IMG/VR virus record: IMGVR_UViG_2923350032_000001
Coordinates: 1-64,000 of that record
Length of the DNA stretch: 64,000 bases
From: a virus
Taxonomy: Duplodnaviria; Heunggongvirae; Uroviricota; Caudoviricetes
Direction: 5' to 3' (one strand)
Shown in pieces: positions 1 through 12,173 of the stretch. The position numbers and the translations under genes were made by a program. Each line of letters begins with the position of its first letter. Position 1 is the stretch's first letter. Under the pieces are notes generated by a model. That model was not told where the DNA came from, made no database searches, and worked only from the letters and a program-made list of their open reading frames with translations.

Positions 1-2302
1 TACTGGTAGGGTCAGGGAACCGTTGTTCCAGTTCTGAAAACTACTGTCATAAAGCCGCGTTTAGCTTCACCAGTAGCAGCATCAGTAAAGCCTCCATATA
101 CTCTGTATAACTCTTTTCTAACACCACATTTTTGGTGTTTTTGTCACCAAACAGCGTTATGGCATCAATAGTTGAGCGTTCCAGATCCCGGAAAGTGACG
201 ATATTACCGAAGGTTTTAGTAGCGTCATAAATGCGGTTGGTGCGGGAAAATGCCTGCATCAGGCCGTGAAAACGCAAGTTTTTATCGACGAATAGCGTGT
301 TCAATGTTGGTGCATCGAAGCCGGTTAAAAACATCCCCACGACAATTAGCAGATCGATATCCTGATTTTAACCCGCTGGGCTAAATCACGATAGTAGTTC
401 TGAAAACCGTTACTGTCGGTGCTAAAGTTAGTTTTAAAATGGCTGTTATATTCACGAATTGCAGCGTCCAGAAACTCTTTAGCACTGCTGTCCATTGCGC
501 TGGTATCAAAAGTTTCATCGGAAATTTCACCAATGGCATTTTGTTCTTCATTGGCGGCAAAGGAGAAGATTGTCGCAATACGCAGCGGTTTATAGGTAGC
601 CGATTTATTAGCGGCTTCTTCTTGTAACCGTTTAAACGTCGCATAATAGGTTTTCGCGGCATCCACGCTGCTCACTGCCAACATAGCATTAAAACCTTTT
701 GAGCCAGGGAAGGTACGGTGAGTTTTCTGGCGGAAATTATTCAGAATATATTGCGTGATTTCCTGAATACGCATGGGATGAAGAAACGCCTGCTGATTTT
801 CAGCCGCACTTAGTTTTTTCTCGTCAGTTTCTGTCTCTAAAGACTTAAATTGTGGCCGCACATCGTTGTAGTCTACCTTGAATTTGAGCACTTTTTCGTC
901 ACGAATCGCATCGGTAATTACATACGAATGCAATTCACGACCAAATACGCTGGCGGTTGTTTCTGAGCCTAAGGCGTTTTCCGGGAAAATAGGGGTACCG
1001 GTAAAACCAAACTGATAATAGCGTTTGAATTTCTTCTTCAGGTTTTTCTGCGCTTCTCCAAACTGGCTGCGGTGGCATTCATCAAATATAAACACCACTT
1101 GCTGATTGTATACAGGCAGGTCGCTTTCTGCTTTCATCAGGTTATTAAGTTTCTGAATAGTGGTGACGATAATTTGTTATCGTCCTTATCCAGATTTCGT
1201 TTAAGACCTGCGGTATTTTCCGAGCCGTTGACGCTGTCTGGCGAAAAACGCTGATATTCCTTCATGGTCTGGTAATCGAGGTCTTTCCTGTCGACCACGA
1301 AGAAGACTTTATCAATAAAGTCCAGTTCAGTTGCCAGACGCGCGGCTTTAAAGCTGGTCAGTGTTTTACCGGAACCGGTGGTGTGCCAGATAAAGCCACC
1401 GCTTTCCGGTTTTGACCAGTTCTTCGCTGTAAAGGAACTCTTAATTTTCCACAGAATGCGCTCGGTGGCGGCAATCTGGTACGGTCGCATCACCAGTAGC
1501 GTCTGACTACTGTCAAAAACGCTGTAGTTCACCAGAACATTCAGCAGAGTATGTTTCTGGAAAAAGTAGCGGTAAAGTCTTTGAGGTCTTTAATCAGCGT
1601 GTTGTCTGATTTCGCCCAGTTCATGGTGAAGTCAAAACTGTTTTTATCGCGCTTTGTCGTGTTGGCAAAATAACGGGTATCGGTGCCGTTAGAAATGACA
1701 AACAGTTGCAGATACTTAAACAGGGAATTTTCGCTGTTAAAACTCTCTTTACTGTAACGATGTATCTGGTTGAAAGCCTCACGAATCGCCACGCCGCGCT
1801 TTTTCAGTTCGATTTGCACCAGCGGCAAGCCATTAACCAGGATCGTGACGTCATAACGGTTAGCGTGAGAGCCTGCCTGTTCAAATTGCTGGATAATCTG
1901 CACCTTATTGCGCATGAGATTCTTTTTATCTATCAAATAGATGTTCTCAAGTCGCTCGTCATCAAAAATAAAGTCGCAAATATAGTCGATATGGATTTTA
2001 CGGGTCTTATCCAGAATGCCATCGCTCGGGTTGTCCAGATACTGCTCCGTGAAACGCCGCCATTCGCTGTCATTAAACACCACACCATTGAGGCTCTGAA
2101 GCTGTTCCCGAACATTGGCCAGCATCTCTGACTGAGATTTTACGGCTATAAATTCATAGCCCTGATTTTGCAGGTCCTGAATCAGTTCACGTTCCAGGTC
2201 CGATTCGCTCTGGTAGCTGTCGCCTGTTGGTTCAGCTTTGATGTACTTATCAAGAATGATAAAGTTATTGGATTCAGCAATGGTGTGTGTCTGATGAGTC
2301 AT
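1..2302 (-). pseudogene. hsdR: Type I restriction enzyme R subunit (HsdR), split into at least four frame-shifted pieces; C-terminal part runs off the window start
   Basis: Colinear minus-strand ORFs 1541-2302 (HsdR N-domain), 1137-1532 (helicase motif I TGSGKT), 346-1137 (motif II FDECH), 47-340 (motif [10 protein letters not shown]) lie in different frames. Confidence 0.6.
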
Positions 2303-2423
2303 AGCGCATCCTTTGTGCCGTTTGGCAAGGGCCGGAAGGGGGTTAATGGTGACTTCCAGCGTGTAAAAAATGGTCTATATACTGACCGGATGTTAAGGTG
2401 ATCCGGTCGGTAGCAATGGTCAA

Positions 2424-3554
2424 TTAATTACTGACAGTTTCAGGTTTCGGGAAACTGAACAGTAAATCACGGTAGTATTCGTATTGTTTCTGGCGCAACT
2501 CGATTTCACGCGGGAGACCTTCAGTGATGGAGTTGGTCAGGGTGTCGAATTTATCGAGTATTTCGACAATGCGAGCTTGTTCTTCTGAAGGTGGTACAGG
2601 TATTGGGAATTTTAAAAACATTGGTCGACGAAGTGAGGTAACCGATGAACTTACTGATGCTTTTTGAATATAGGTAAAAAAATATGCTGTTATATAGTGA
2701 TATACAAATCGCGGATTCATAAATGCATTTGGGACAATACGATATGCTCTCTGATGCAAAGCATATTTACCTTTAGCATAATGAAATACCTTCCCCACCC
2801 CGGCGCCATCTCCAGCCGTAATGATTGCTGTTTCATCAAAATCAAATACATTTAACTTTAATGGTTCACGTCCACGTGCATAAAAAATATATTTGCCATG
2901 TTCTATAGCATCTTGCGTATCATGGTTACCTGTTCCTATAACAGCCACTTCCCCCAAAGTCTTCCACTCAACCTCACCCTCTTTAAAACTCAACAACTGG
3001 TCGCGATAGTAATTGTACTGTTTTTTACGCATGTTAAGCTCAGCGGTAAGCTCAGCGGTAAGTGCAGTAAATTTATCCAGAATCCGAACGATTTCAGACT
3101 GGATGGCAAGGGATTTTTCTGGGGTATCCGGGCAGGGGATTGGTATCAAAATAGGTGATACATCACGTGGATAAACATGCGGAACACCACCACCACTCTT
3201 AAACTCATGGAGTTGTTGTTGCATATTCATCAAAAAATGATAGCAATATCGTGGTAACAAAATATTATGAGGTTTTACAGTAAATGCATCCGATACGAAA
3301 ATTGGTTCCTCCCACCAACTAACGAATCCCGCATACGCACCAGAACCTGCGATAACAATTGTTTGTCCGTCGCGATTACTAGTATTATGATAATAAGCTG
3401 GTGTACGTCCGCCAGCGACTACGGGGATGGTTCCATCAATAACATCTTTTTTTGTAATTGATGTGCCTCGCTTTAGTTCAGCTATACTGCCTAGTGTTTT
3501 CCACTCAACCTCAACCCCATCCAGCAATTTTTCCAGATAACTCATCTCGCTCAT
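2424..3554 (-). CDS. hsdS: Type I R-M specificity subunit HsdS, type IC (EcoR124-like)
   Basis: 376-aa ORF with two target-recognition halves; central TAELTAEL encoded by a 12-bp tandem duplication near 3040-3063; 4-bp overlap with hsdM. Confidence 0.85.
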   Translation of the reverse strand: MSEMSYLEKLLDGVEVEWKTLGSIAELKRGTSITKKDVIDGTIPVVAGGRTPAYYHNTSNRDGQTIVIAGSGAYAGFVSWWEEPIFVSDAFTVKPHNILLPRYCYHFLMNMQQQLHEFKSGGGVPHVYPRDVSPILIPIPCPDTPEKSLAIQSEIVRILDKFTALTAELTAELNMRKKQYNYYRDQLLSFKEGEVEWKTLGEVAVIGTGNHDTQDAIEHGKYIFYARGREPLKLNVFDFDETAIITAGDGAGVGKVFHYAKGKYALHQRAYRIVPNAFMNPRFVYHYITAYFFTYIQKASVSSSVTSLRRPMFLKFPIPVPPSEEQARIVEILDKFDTLTNSITEGLPREIELRQKQYEYYRDLLFSFPKPETVSN

Positions 3555-5113
3555 TTCTGCACCTCGCAGCCTTCAATTTCAGCCACAATCGCATCAATAT
3601 CTTTGCGCAACTGGTCGATTTTGCTGACCGTGATTTTCAGCTCTGCATTCAACTCAGCGATATCGATAATTTCGCGAGTATCTTTCGCTTCAACATAGCT
3701 GCTCACCGACAGGTTATAGTCATTAGCGACAACGGCTTCAAACGCGACAGATTTCGCCAGATGGGCAACATCTTCCTTGCTGGCAAATACCTGCATAATC
3801 TGTTCGATATGAGCATCGGTCAGAATGTTGTTGTTAGTCTCTTTTTTGAACAGTTCGCTGGCATCAATAAACTGAACTTTGGTATCCGTTTTATGTTTAG
3901 ACAGCACCAGAATATTGACGGCAATAGTGGTGCCAAAGAACAGATTCGGTGCCAGTGAAATCACGGTTTCGACATAGTTATTATCAACCAGATACTGACG
4001 GATTTTCTGCTCCGCGCCGCCACGGTAAAAAATACCCGGGAAGCAAACAATCGCAGCACGACCTTTGGCAGAAAGATAGTTCAGCGCATGTAGTACAAAG
4101 GCGAAGTCAGCTTTTGATTTGGGGGCCAGAACGCCAGCCGGGGCAAAACGCTCATCGTTAATCAGAGTCGGGTCATCGCTGCCAATCCATTTCACCGAAT
4201 ACGGCGGGTTAGAAACGATGGCATCAAACGGTTTTTCATCTCTGAAGTGCGGTTCAGTCAGCGTATTGCCCAGCTTGATATCAAACTTGTCGTAGTTGAT
4301 GTTGTGCAAAAACATGTTCATACGCGCCAGGTTATAGGTCGTATGGTTGATTTCCTGACCAAAAAAACCTTCTTCGATGATATGGTCATCAAACTGTTTT
4401 TTAGCCTGCAACAACAGCGAACCGGAGCCTGCTGCCGGGTCGTAGATTTTGTTAACGTGGGTCTGCCCGTGCATAGCCAGTTGTGCAATCAGCTTAGAGA
4501 CGTGCTGCGGTGTAAAGAACTCGCCGCCTGACTTACCGGCATTCGCCGCATAGTTAGAAATCAGGAACTCATAGGCGTCACCGAACAGGTCAATCTGATG
4601 TTCGTGGAAGTCACCAAGTTTTAGCCCTTCAACCCCTTTCAGAACTGCAGCCAGGCGGGCATTTTTATCTTTAACGGTGTTACCCAGGCGGTTACTGGTA
4701 GTATCGAAATCAGCAAACAAACCTTTGATGTCAGCTTCTGAAGGGTAACCGTAAGCAGAACTTTCGATAGCAACGAAGATGCTGTTTAAATCCGCATTCA
4801 GTCTGTCATTGGTATTTGCTTTCGCAGCTACGTTGCAGAAAAGCTGACTGGGGTAGATGAAGTAACCTTTGGTTTTGATGGCATCGTCTTTAATGTCATC
4901 AGTAATTACGCTGTCATCCAGTTTCGCATAACAGATACTGTCATCACCGGCTTCAATATAGCTGGAAAAATTTTCGCTGATAAAACGGTAAAAAAGCGCG
5001 CCCAAAACGTACTGCTTAAAATCCCATCCATCGACTGAACCCCTGACATCGTTAGCAATTTGCCAGATTTGACGATGAAGCTCTGCACGTTGTTGAATAC
5101 TTGTCATTTTCAT
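3551..5113 (-). CDS. hsdM: Type I R-M N6-adenine DNA methyltransferase HsdM
   Basis: 520-aa ORF with NPPY catalytic motif (VSNPPYS) and SAM-binding region; translationally coupled to hsdS. Confidence 0.9.
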   Translation of the reverse strand: MKMTSIQQRAELHRQIWQIANDVRGSVDGWDFKQYVLGALFYRFISENFSSYIEAGDDSICYAKLDDSVITDDIKDDAIKTKGYFIYPSQLFCNVAAKANTNDRLNADLNSIFVAIESSAYGYPSEADIKGLFADFDTTSNRLGNTVKDKNARLAAVLKGVEGLKLGDFHEHQIDLFGDAYEFLISNYAANAGKSGGEFFTPQHVSKLIAQLAMHGQTHVNKIYDPAAGSGSLLLQAKKQFDDHIIEEGFFGQEINHTTYNLARMNMFLHNINYDKFDIKLGNTLTEPHFRDEKPFDAIVSNPPYSVKWIGSDDPTLINDERFAPAGVLAPKSKADFAFVLHALNYLSAKGRAAIVCFPGIFYRGGAEQKIRQYLVDNNYVETVISLAPNLFFGTTIAVNILVLSKHKTDTKVQFIDASELFKKETNNNILTDAHIEQIMQVFASKEDVAHLAKSVAFEAVVANDYNLSVSSYVEAKDTREIIDIAELNAELKITVSKIDQLRKDIDAIVAEIEGCEVQK

Positions 5114-5249
5114 CCACTTATTTCAGGTTTATGTAATTGGCGGTGATTCTACAGCAACTTGGATGCTTTAGCAGTTCGGACATTAGGCTACGAATGACCT
5201 GCCTAGAGGTTTGTTAAGCCGCAAAGTGCTGGTGCTTTATGTCTGTGAA

Positions 5250-5282
5250 GTTTATAATTGTGTACACATAACGAGTACACGA
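5250..5282 (+). promoter_or_regulatory. phd-doc promoter/operator with Phd-binding palindromes
   Basis: TTTATAAT -10-like box followed by TGTGTACACA and GAGTACAC palindromes directly upstream of phd. Confidence 0.5.
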
Positions 5283-5289
5283 GGTGTTT

Positions 5290-5511
5290 ATGCAATCCAT
5301 TAACTTCCGTACCGCGCGCGGCAACCTTTCTGAAGTGCTCAACAATGTTGAGGCCGGGGAAGAGGTTGAAATCACCCGCAGAGGCCGTGAGCCAGCAGTA
5401 ATTGTCAGCAAGGCTACTTTCGAAGCCTACAAAAAAGCGGCGCTGGATGCTGAATTTGCATCCCTGTTTGACACCCTGGACTCCACCAACAAGGAACTGG
5501 TTAACCGATAA
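5290..5511 (+). CDS. phd: Phd antitoxin (prevent host death)
   Basis: 73-aa product [49 protein letters not shown]... matches remembered P1 Phd; start taken at the second in-frame ATG. Confidence 0.93.
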   Translation: MQSINFRTARGNLSEVLNNVEAGEEVEITRRGREPAVIVSKATFEAYKKAALDAEFASLFDTLDSTNKELVNR

Positions 5512-5891
5512 TGAGGCATATATCACCGGAAGAACTTATTGCGCTTCATGATGCGAATATAAACCGCTACGGCGGCCTGCCGGGAATGTCTGATCCGGGT
5601 AGGGCAGAGGCCATTATCGGGAGAGTTCAGGCCAGAGTTGCCTACGAAGAGATCACCGACCTTTTCGAAGTCTCCGCCACCTACCTGGTGGCTACAGCGA
5701 GAGGGCATATATTCAATGATGCCAATAAGCGTACCGCGCTAAACAGTGCGCTGTTATTTCTACGCCGTAACGGGGTGCAGGTATTTGATTCACCTGAACT
5801 GGCAGACCTTACCGTAGGGGCTGCGACCGGAGAGATATCTGTATCTTCTGTCGCCGCCACGTTACGTAGATTGTATGGTTCTGCGGAGTAG
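5511..5891 (+). CDS. doc: Doc toxin (death on curing), Fic-fold kinase
   Basis: 126-aa ORF overlapping the phd stop; sequence matches remembered P1 Doc. Confidence 0.93.
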
Positions 5892-6075
5892 ATTAATGGC
5901 ACGCAAATACAACAAATTGTCCCGTGAAGCGTTAAAGATGCTTCTTGATGGCGTGAGTCGCCGCAAGGTAAAGCAATACCTGGTTGGTAAGCAAATTGGT
6001 GCTAGGACCGCTATTGCTGTGTTATGCCGTCAGGAAATGGTTGTGCTTAAACAGAGAATGCCGGGCAGCAGATAA
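5875..6075 (+). CDS. pdcA: Small basic protein downstream of doc (P1 PdcA-like)
   Basis: 66-aa ORF in the P1 position immediately after doc. Confidence 0.5.
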   Translation: MVLRSRLMARKYNKLSREALKMLLDGVSRRKVKQYLVGKQIGARTAIAVLCRQEMVVLKQRMPGSR

Positions 6076-6102
6076 AGCCCAATCAGTGATGAAAGGTGTG
6101 AT

Positions 6103-7146
6103 GTGAAAGCCATTATTACTCCCTTTGTACAAAAAGAGCTTGGCGTCGCCACATTCAAAGTGGATCAGGAAGTCAGAAAGCTGGTGGAGGCTGGCCGTAA
6201 ATTTATTATGGAGCCGGTGCCGCGTGAGTTAATCGAGCACATGGACGACGGCCTCGTTGTTTCCGAGCAAACTATGGCAACAAATGAGGCGTTGCAGCCG
6301 TTTTTTAACAGCGATGAACTGTTTCGCCGTATTGGTGGAATTGACTCGCTGGTGGCGTGGTTGCGCAGGAAAGAGGGGCAATGCCAGGCCGCAGATCGTA
6401 GTTGGTGTGACAACCATATTGTCCACGCTAAACGAGACAATAGCGCGGTGTTGCTGTGCTGGCATCACGATAACCATTACCGGATGCGTGGTTTTAATGA
6501 GCTGAAAGAAACGCTGCATAATAATCGCGTTAACTGGATACTGGATGTCGCCCGTCAGGAAATGGGCCTTTCAAATAGCCATGATTTAAGTATTCAGGAG
6601 CTGTGCTGGTGGGCTTTCATGCGCAACATGATGCACCTGATGCCGGAAGAAGTCTGCCGCATATCAATAAATAAGATGAAGGCTGCTCCGCAGGATAGCG
6701 GACCTTTGAAAGAGGCGGATATTCGCCCGTATGACGATCGTGCTACAGCATATGTTCAGATGATGGAAGAACGCGCCGCGCCGATGCGTGCAAAAGTATG
6801 CCCTGTGGATGTTGACTCCGACCCTGGCACGGCGCATTTCAAAATACCAAAACTGCAATCGCTAAAATTACCCGAGTACATGGACTTTGTTGCTTCCCGT
6901 CCGTGCTGTGGATGTGGAGCTGCGGGAGCTGGCGCTCGCATTACGCCTTATATCGTTCGTCATAGTCGATTATGCGCGCATGACATTTACGCAATTCCTC
7001 TGTGCCAGTCATGCCAGCGTGATATTGAGCGTGACCGCGATAATTGGGAGAAGACGCACGGCAGGCTGGCGATGCATCAACGATTGTTCTTTGATTACGC
7101 GCTTGGAGTCGGCGCTATCACAAGTCACTCGTCGAGCGTTAGATAA
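6103..7146 (+). CDS. pdcB: P1 PdcB-like protein, Cys-rich
   Basis: 347-aa ORF between doc and lpa, as in P1 gene order. Confidence 0.5.
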   Translation: MKAIITPFVQKELGVATFKVDQEVRKLVEAGRKFIMEPVPRELIEHMDDGLVVSEQTMATNEALQPFFNSDELFRRIGGIDSLVAWLRRKEGQCQAADRSWCDNHIVHAKRDNSAVLLCWHHDNHYRMRGFNELKETLHNNRVNWILDVARQEMGLSNSHDLSIQELCWWAFMRNMMHLMPEEVCRISINKMKAAPQDSGPLKEADIRPYDDRATAYVQMMEERAAPMRAKVCPVDVDSDPGTAHFKIPKLQSLKLPEYMDFVASRPCCGCGAAGAGARITPYIVRHSRLCAHDIYAIPLCQSCQRDIERDRDNWEKTHGRLAMHQRLFFDYALGVGAITSHSSSVR

Positions 7147-7234
7147 AATTGCTCTAATGTATTGCTATTTCTTTAATCGAGGGTATTATATTCGTCGTTG
7201 ATTAGTTGACATGGGCTAATCAGTAGGTGACAGG

Positions 7235-7687
7235 ATGTTACTTAACTGGCAGGGACGCCACTTCATGGAAATAAATCACTCACGAATTACATCGTATGAG
7301 ATTGCGGATTACATGATTCGCACTAAATCTCTTCTATCAGCGAAAGAACTCGCAGCAATCCTTGAAAAGGAATACCCGCATCTGGATGTCGATAAGCGCG
7401 ATGTTTATCTGCGCTTAAAGGCTATCGCTGTGTCTAAGTATTCGTCTGTTTTGATTGATGACAGTACACGCCCACGTAGATTTCAGATCCACTCTCTGAA
7501 TCCTGAATTCTTTCGCCGTAGCCGCGCTCCGCGCCGGTTTGATGAAAAACTCCAGAACGAACTCTATATGACGCAGGACGAAAAGGAACGCCGGGAGCAC
7601 CAGCCTTGGGTAATGGCGCGTCAACTTTTCAATAAGGTGGCCCGTCAGCACCGTCATTACGGTAATGCCACATCCGCACGTATCTGA
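7235..7687 (+). CDS. lpa: Late promoter activator Lpa
   Basis: About 150-aa ORF directly upstream of pacA; true start may be the internal Met at about 7265. Confidence 0.6.
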   Translation: MLLNWQGRHFMEINHSRITSYEIADYMIRTKSLLSAKELAAILEKEYPHLDVDKRDVYLRLKAIAVSKYSSVLIDDSTRPRRFQIHSLNPEFFRRSRAPRRFDEKLQNELYMTQDEKERREHQPWVMARQLFNKVARQHRHYGNATSARI

Positions 7688-7772
7688 TTGATTGCTTGCC
7701 CGTTCCGGGCCTTTTGACATGTGACTTTCGTTACCCTCGCGTCAAAAAGAGTTTTTACGAAAGGAAGCATAA

Positions 7773-8966
7773 GTGACCTGGGACGATCACAAGAAGAATT
7801 TTGCTCGCCTGGCGCGAGATGGTGGTTACACCATCGCACAGTATGCCGCCGAGTTTAATCTTAACCCTAATACCGCACGTCGTTATCTCCGTGCCTTCAA
7901 AGAAGACTCCAGGACTGCGGACAGCCGCAAGCCAAATAAGCCAGTCAGGAAGCCACTAAAAAGCATGATCATTGATCACTCTAATGATCAACATGCAGGT
8001 GATCATATTGCGGCTGAAATAGCGGAAAAACAGAGAGTTAATGCCGTTATCAGTGCCGCAGTCGAGAATGCGAAGCGCCAAAATAAGCGCATAAATGATC
8101 GTTCAGATGATCATGACGTGATCACCCGCGCCCACCGGACCTTACGTGATCGCCTGGAACGCGACACCCTGGATGATGATGGTGAACGCTTTGAATTCGA
8201 AGCTGGCGATTACCTGATAGATAACGTTGAAGCGCGGAAGGCCGCGCGCGCTATGTTGCGTCGGTCCGGGGCCGATGTTCTGGAAACCACTCTTCTTGAA
8301 AAGTCTCTTTCTCATCTCCTTATGCTGGAGAACGCCAGGGATACGTGTATTCGCCTGGTGCAGGAAATGCGCGATCAGCAAAAAGACGATGATGAAGGTA
8401 CTCCGCCTGAATACCGTATCGCGAGCATGCTAAACAGCTGTTCCGCGCAGATAAGCAGCCTGATCAACACCATTTACAGCATCCGGAATAACTATCGAAA
8501 AGAAAGCCGGGAGGCGGAAAAGCACGCTTTGTCTATGGGGCAAGCTGGCATTGTTAAGCTGGCATACGAACGAAAGCGTGAAAATAACTGGTCAGTGCTG
8601 GAAGCAGCTGAATTCATCGAGGCGCATGGCGGGAAAGTGCCGCCCCTGATGCTGGAGCAAATCAAAGCCGATCTGCGTGCTCCTAAGACCAATACCGATG
8701 ATGAGGAAAGGCAAACAGCCGTCGGTGGCCCTTCTCTTGAAGATCTGGACAAAGTTGCGCGAGAACGGGCCGCCAACCGCCGCGCCGATGCCGCATTGTG
8801 GATTGAGCAGCGTAGGGAAGAAATCGCCGATATCGTTGATACAGGCGGTTATGGAGATGTTGATACTGAAGGTGTATCAAACGACCCATGGCTGGAACAA
8901 GACCTGGACGAAGACGAGGAGGAAGACGAAGAAGTTACCCGCAAGCTATACGGGGATGATGATTAA
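7773..8966 (+). CDS. pacA: Terminase small subunit PacA
   Basis: 397-aa ORF containing the pac site, acidic C-terminus, followed by pacB. Confidence 0.85.
   Translation: MTWDDHKKNFARLARDGGYTIAQYAAEFNLNPNTARRYLRAFKEDSRTADSRKPNKPVRKPLKSMIIDHSNDQHAGDHIAAEIAEKQRVNAVISAAVENAKRQNKRINDRSDDHDVITRAHRTLRDRLERDTLDDDGERFEFEAGDYLIDNVEARKAARAMLRRSGADVLETTLLEKSLSHLLMLENARDTCIRLVQEMRDQQKDDDEGTPPEYRIASMLNSCSAQISSLINTIYSIRNNYRKESREAEKHALSMGQAGIVKLAYERKRENNWSVLEAAEFIEAHGGKVPPLMLEQIKADLRAPKTNTDDEERQTAVGGPSLEDLDKVARERAANRRADAALWIEQRREEIADIVDTGGYGDVDTEGVSNDPWLEQDLDEDEEEDEEVTRKLYGDDD
7964..8127. other. pac: pac packaging site: 4 + 3 TGATCA/G hexamers (Dam sites) flanking the cleavage region
   Basis: GATC hexamers at about 7966, 7974, 7985, 8001 and about 8097, 8109, 8121 inside pacA. 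Confidence 0.85.
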
Positions 8967-10450
8967 TGGCCAGAAGTTGCGTAACGGATCCACGTTGGCG
9001 CGAGCTGGTGGCGCTATATCGTTATGACTGGATTGCTGCCGCTGATGTTTTGTTCGGCAAAACACCTACCTGGCAGCAGGATCTGATTATTGAGTCTGTG
9101 CAGGAACAGGGTAGCAAGACATCTGTTTCGTCTGGTCACGGTACCGGGAAATCAGACATGACTTCTATCATGATCATGTTGTTCATAATCATGTATCCCG
9201 GTGCCCGCGCCATTATCGTTGCGAACAAAATTCAGCAGGTAATGACCGGTATATTCAAGTACATCAAGATAAACTGGGCTACTGCCACCAGCCGTTTCCC
9301 ATGGCTTGCTGATTATTTTGTTCTGACAGAAACCGCTTTCTATGAGGTTACAGGTAAAGGTGTATGGACTGTAGTACCGAAGGGCTTTCGTCTGGGAAGT
9401 GAAGAAGCTCTCGCCGGTGAACACGCAGATCATCTTCTGTATATTATCGATGAAGCCTCCGGTGTCAGTGATAGAGCTTTCGGTATCATCACCGGTGCTC
9501 TTACCGGACAGGATAACCGCATCTTATTACTGTCACAGCCTACACGCCCAAGCGGCTATTTCTACGATACACACCATAAACTGGCCAAGCGTCCTGGTAA
9601 CCCTGATGGCGTTTATACGGCGATCACGCTTAACAGTGAGGAATCACCGTTGGTAACGCCAGCATTTATCAAAATGAAGCTGGCGGAGTACGGCGGGCGT
9701 GATAACCCTATGTACATGATTAAGGTACGCGGCCTATTCCCTAAATCACAGGATGGCTTCCTTCTTGGACGTGATGAGGTTGAACGTGCAACGCGGCGGA
9801 AAGTCAAGATTGCCAAAGGATGGGGCTGGCTTGCATGTGTGGACGTTGCTGGTGGTACGGGACGGGATAAGTCCGTTATCAATATCATGATGGTGTCCGG
9901 CCAGCGAAATAAACGCCGTGTAATCAACTATCGAATGCTGGAATACACAGACGTTACAGAAACGCAGCTTGCCGCCAAAATTTTCGCAGAATGTAATCCT
10001 GAGCGATTCCCAAATATCACCATAGCGATAGACGGCGATGGGCTGGGTAAAGCAACGGCGGATCTGATGTACGAGTATTATGGTATTACCGTACAGCGTA
10101 TACGCTGGGGTAAAAAGATGCATAGCCGTGAAGATAAGAGCCTGTACTTTGATAAACGTGCTTATGCCAACGTTCAAGCCGCAGAGGCCGTAAAATCTGG
10201 TCGTATGAGACTGGATAAGGGTAATGAAACTATTGAGGAAGCGTCGAAAATCCCTGTAGGGATTAACTCCGCAGGTCAATGGAAGGTGATGAGTAAGGAG
10301 GATATGAAGAAAAAACTCAACCTGCACTCACCAGACCATTGGGATACATATTGTTTCGCTATGCTGGCGGATTATGTTCCCCAGGATGAAGTGCTTAGCG
10401 TCGAAGACGAAGCGCAGGTTGATGAAGCTCTGGCATGGCTTAATGAATGA
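8966..10450 (+). CDS. pacB: Terminase large subunit PacB
   Basis: 494-aa ORF, start overlaps the pacA stop. Confidence 0.85.
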   Translation: MARSCVTDPRWRELVALYRYDWIAAADVLFGKTPTWQQDLIIESVQEQGSKTSVSSGHGTGKSDMTSIMIMLFIIMYPGARAIIVANKIQQVMTGIFKYIKINWATATSRFPWLADYFVLTETAFYEVTGKGVWTVVPKGFRLGSEEALAGEHADHLLYIIDEASGVSDRAFGIITGALTGQDNRILLLSQPTRPSGYFYDTHHKLAKRPGNPDGVYTAITLNSEESPLVTPAFIKMKLAEYGGRDNPMYMIKVRGLFPKSQDGFLLGRDEVERATRRKVKIAKGWGWLACVDVAGGTGRDKSVINIMMVSGQRNKRRVINYRMLEYTDVTETQLAAKIFAECNPERFPNITIAIDGDGLGKATADLMYEYYGITVQRIRWGKKMHSREDKSLYFDKRAYANVQAAEAVKSGRMRLDKGNETIEEASKIPVGINSAGQWKVMSKEDMKKKLNLHSPDHWDTYCFAMLADYVPQDEVLSVEDEAQVDEALAWLNE

Positions 10451-10453
10451 ATA

Positions 10454-10470
10454 TTTGCTCTAATAAATTG
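10454..10470 (+). promoter_or_regulatory. C1 operator (TTTGCTCTAATAAATTG)
   Basis: 16/17 match to the P1 C1 operator consensus, 4 bp after the pacB stop and upstream of the icd-like/ant-like genes. Confidence 0.7.
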
Positions 10471-10597
10471 TGTTTTTTAACTGCCGATGTTACATTGAAC
10501 CTGACCTCTTGCGCCTTGAGGCATTTTCGGTTTATGCTTATCAGGCACCTCATTAAAACGGGTGCCGGGATTGAGACCCCGGATAATGCAAAAGGCG

Positions 10598-10622
10598 ACA
10601 CAGACGCCAAAAGCGTCTTTTT
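10598..10622 (+). terminator. Rho-independent terminator-like hairpin (AGACGC-CAAAA-GCGTCT + T8)
   Basis: Perfect 6-bp stem followed by TTTTTTTT. Confidence 0.45.
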
Positions 10623-10810
10623 TTTGTGTCATGCCATCGCACAGCCATACGTAGCGTTTAGCTCAGAGATCAATGGTAGTGCTGGCTGGGCTGCCGAAAG
10701 GCAGGCCGGTTCCCTTTTGCGCCGGTAGTCTCAACCCAGTCAGTGCTACCGCCATTGAGATTGAGACCTCACGCGGTAGCTCCTTAAATTAGCAAAAGGA
10801 GGCTGCCATT

Positions 10811-11032
10811 GTGGCTACTATCCCTACCCCTGCTCATCCTGAATTTATCTGGCGCTTTTACTCCTGCCAAAAACGTCACTATCACTTCGTTATTGCACCG
10901 ACAGAAGATGAGGCACGTTCTCAGCTTCCTGACGCCCCATGTATTTTCTCTGCCCGTTTTTCCACTGATTCACGCAATTCTCTCAGTTACTGGTGCCTCC
11001 CTGTTAACGCTTCTGCTCAGGAGGGACTATGA
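10811..11032 (+). CDS. Icd-like small protein (cell-division inhibitor / Ash family), extra copy
   Basis: 73-aa ORF, paralog of ORF 24261-24482 (EFIWRFYSC..HYHFVIA.TEDEARSQLPD..CIF.ARFST.SRNSLSYW shared). Confidence 0.6.
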   Translation: MATIPTPAHPEFIWRFYSCQKRHYHFVIAPTEDEARSQLPDAPCIFSARFSTDSRNSLSYWCLPVNASAQEGL

Positions 11033-12141
11033 GAACATCGTTAGTTACCCGTGAAGAGATGATCGAGGCAATTGAACAGCACACTGCCTGTATCAGTACC
11101 AGGGATATACCTGGCGTTATTGCCAACTACTTCATGATCACCAAACAACTTTACCGGAGAAAGGACAAGAACGCGGTTCACCGTATCCTGCTGTCTGATA
11201 TCCGCGAATACCTGCTCGAACAGGGGCATCTGAATTACGCAACCGTCGCAGCCGAAGCACGCAAGGAGGCACACAGAATGAAAGCAACTAACGTTAAATC
11301 AGAAAAAATTTATGCACCTTCAGTTCAGGAATCGGAACTGGTGGTTGTTCAGAATCAGCCGGATGAAATTCCCGTTCTGGAATGGCAGGGAGTACGTGTC
11401 GTGACAACCGAAACTCTTGCTAGAGGGTATGGGGTCGATGAAGCCAATATTCGCAACAATTTGTCTCGCAACCTTGACCGCTTTGAAGAAGGTAAGCATT
11501 ACTTTCTTCTAACAGGTTTAAAATTAAGAGAATTTAAGAACAGAGTAACCGGAAGTTACTCTGTTGGTAAGAACGCCAGAAGCCTTACACTCTGGACAGA
11601 GCGCGGCGCTGCACGCATGTCTAAGATCGTGGACACAAATGAAGCATGGGCATTCTTTGAAAAACTGGAAGACAGCTACTTCCGACAAAAAGAACAGCAA
11701 CCGATCGCAATCCCCCAGACGCTTCCTGAAGCCCTACGCCTGGCTGCCGAACTGGCTGAACAAAAGCAGCTTCTGGAACAGAAAGCCCACCAGCTAAATC
11801 AGCAGCTGGTGGCCGCCGCTCCTAAGGTCGATTTTGCCGACCGGGTATCAGTAGCTAAAGGGATCCTGATTGGGAATTTTGCAAAGGTTGTTGGACTTAA
11901 GCAAAACGCGCTGTTTGCCTGGTTACGGGAGAACGGCATTCTGATAGCGTCCGGCGGGCGTAAAAATGTGCCGTTCCAGCAGTACATAAACGCCGGATAT
12001 TTCACAGTGAAAGAAGTGGTGCTGGATGATGAAGATGGCTACCAGATACGGCTGACGCCCCAATTAACGGGGAAAGGACAACAGTGGTTGACGCGTAAAC
12101 TGCTCGATGCTGGCTTGTTAAAACCGGTGGCGGCTGAATAA
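11029..12141 (+). CDS. Antirepressor-like protein (Ant/KilA-N domain plus Ant C-terminal domain)
   Basis: 370-aa ORF coupled to the icd-like gene; C-terminal 150 aa nearly identical to ORF 25081-25524 and similar to the C-terminus of KilA. Confidence 0.7.
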   Translation: MRTSLVTREEMIEAIEQHTACISTRDIPGVIANYFMITKQLYRRKDKNAVHRILLSDIREYLLEQGHLNYATVAAEARKEAHRMKATNVKSEKIYAPSVQESELVVVQNQPDEIPVLEWQGVRVVTTETLARGYGVDEANIRNNLSRNLDRFEEGKHYFLLTGLKLREFKNRVTGSYSVGKNARSLTLWTERGAARMSKIVDTNEAWAFFEKLEDSYFRQKEQQPIAIPQTLPEALRLAAELAEQKQLLEQKAHQLNQQLVAAAPKVDFADRVSVAKGILIGNFAKVVGLKQNALFAWLRENGILIASGGRKNVPFQQYINAGYFTVKEVVLDDEDGYQIRLTPQLTGKGQQWLTRKLLDAGLLKPVAAE

Positions 12142-12147
12142 TGGAAG

Positions 12148-12170
12148 AATGCCCGGTTGATGCCGGGCAT
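12148..12170. terminator. Hairpin between convergent ant-like and c1 genes (GCCCGG-TTGAT-GCCGGGC)
   Basis: Stem-loop in the 32-bp gap between two convergent stop codons. Confidence 0.35.
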
Positions 12171-12173
12171 AAT

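Noticed and set aside
9746-10327. 193-aa minus-strand ORF inside pacB
   Set aside because: Antisense to the well-supported terminase large subunit gene.
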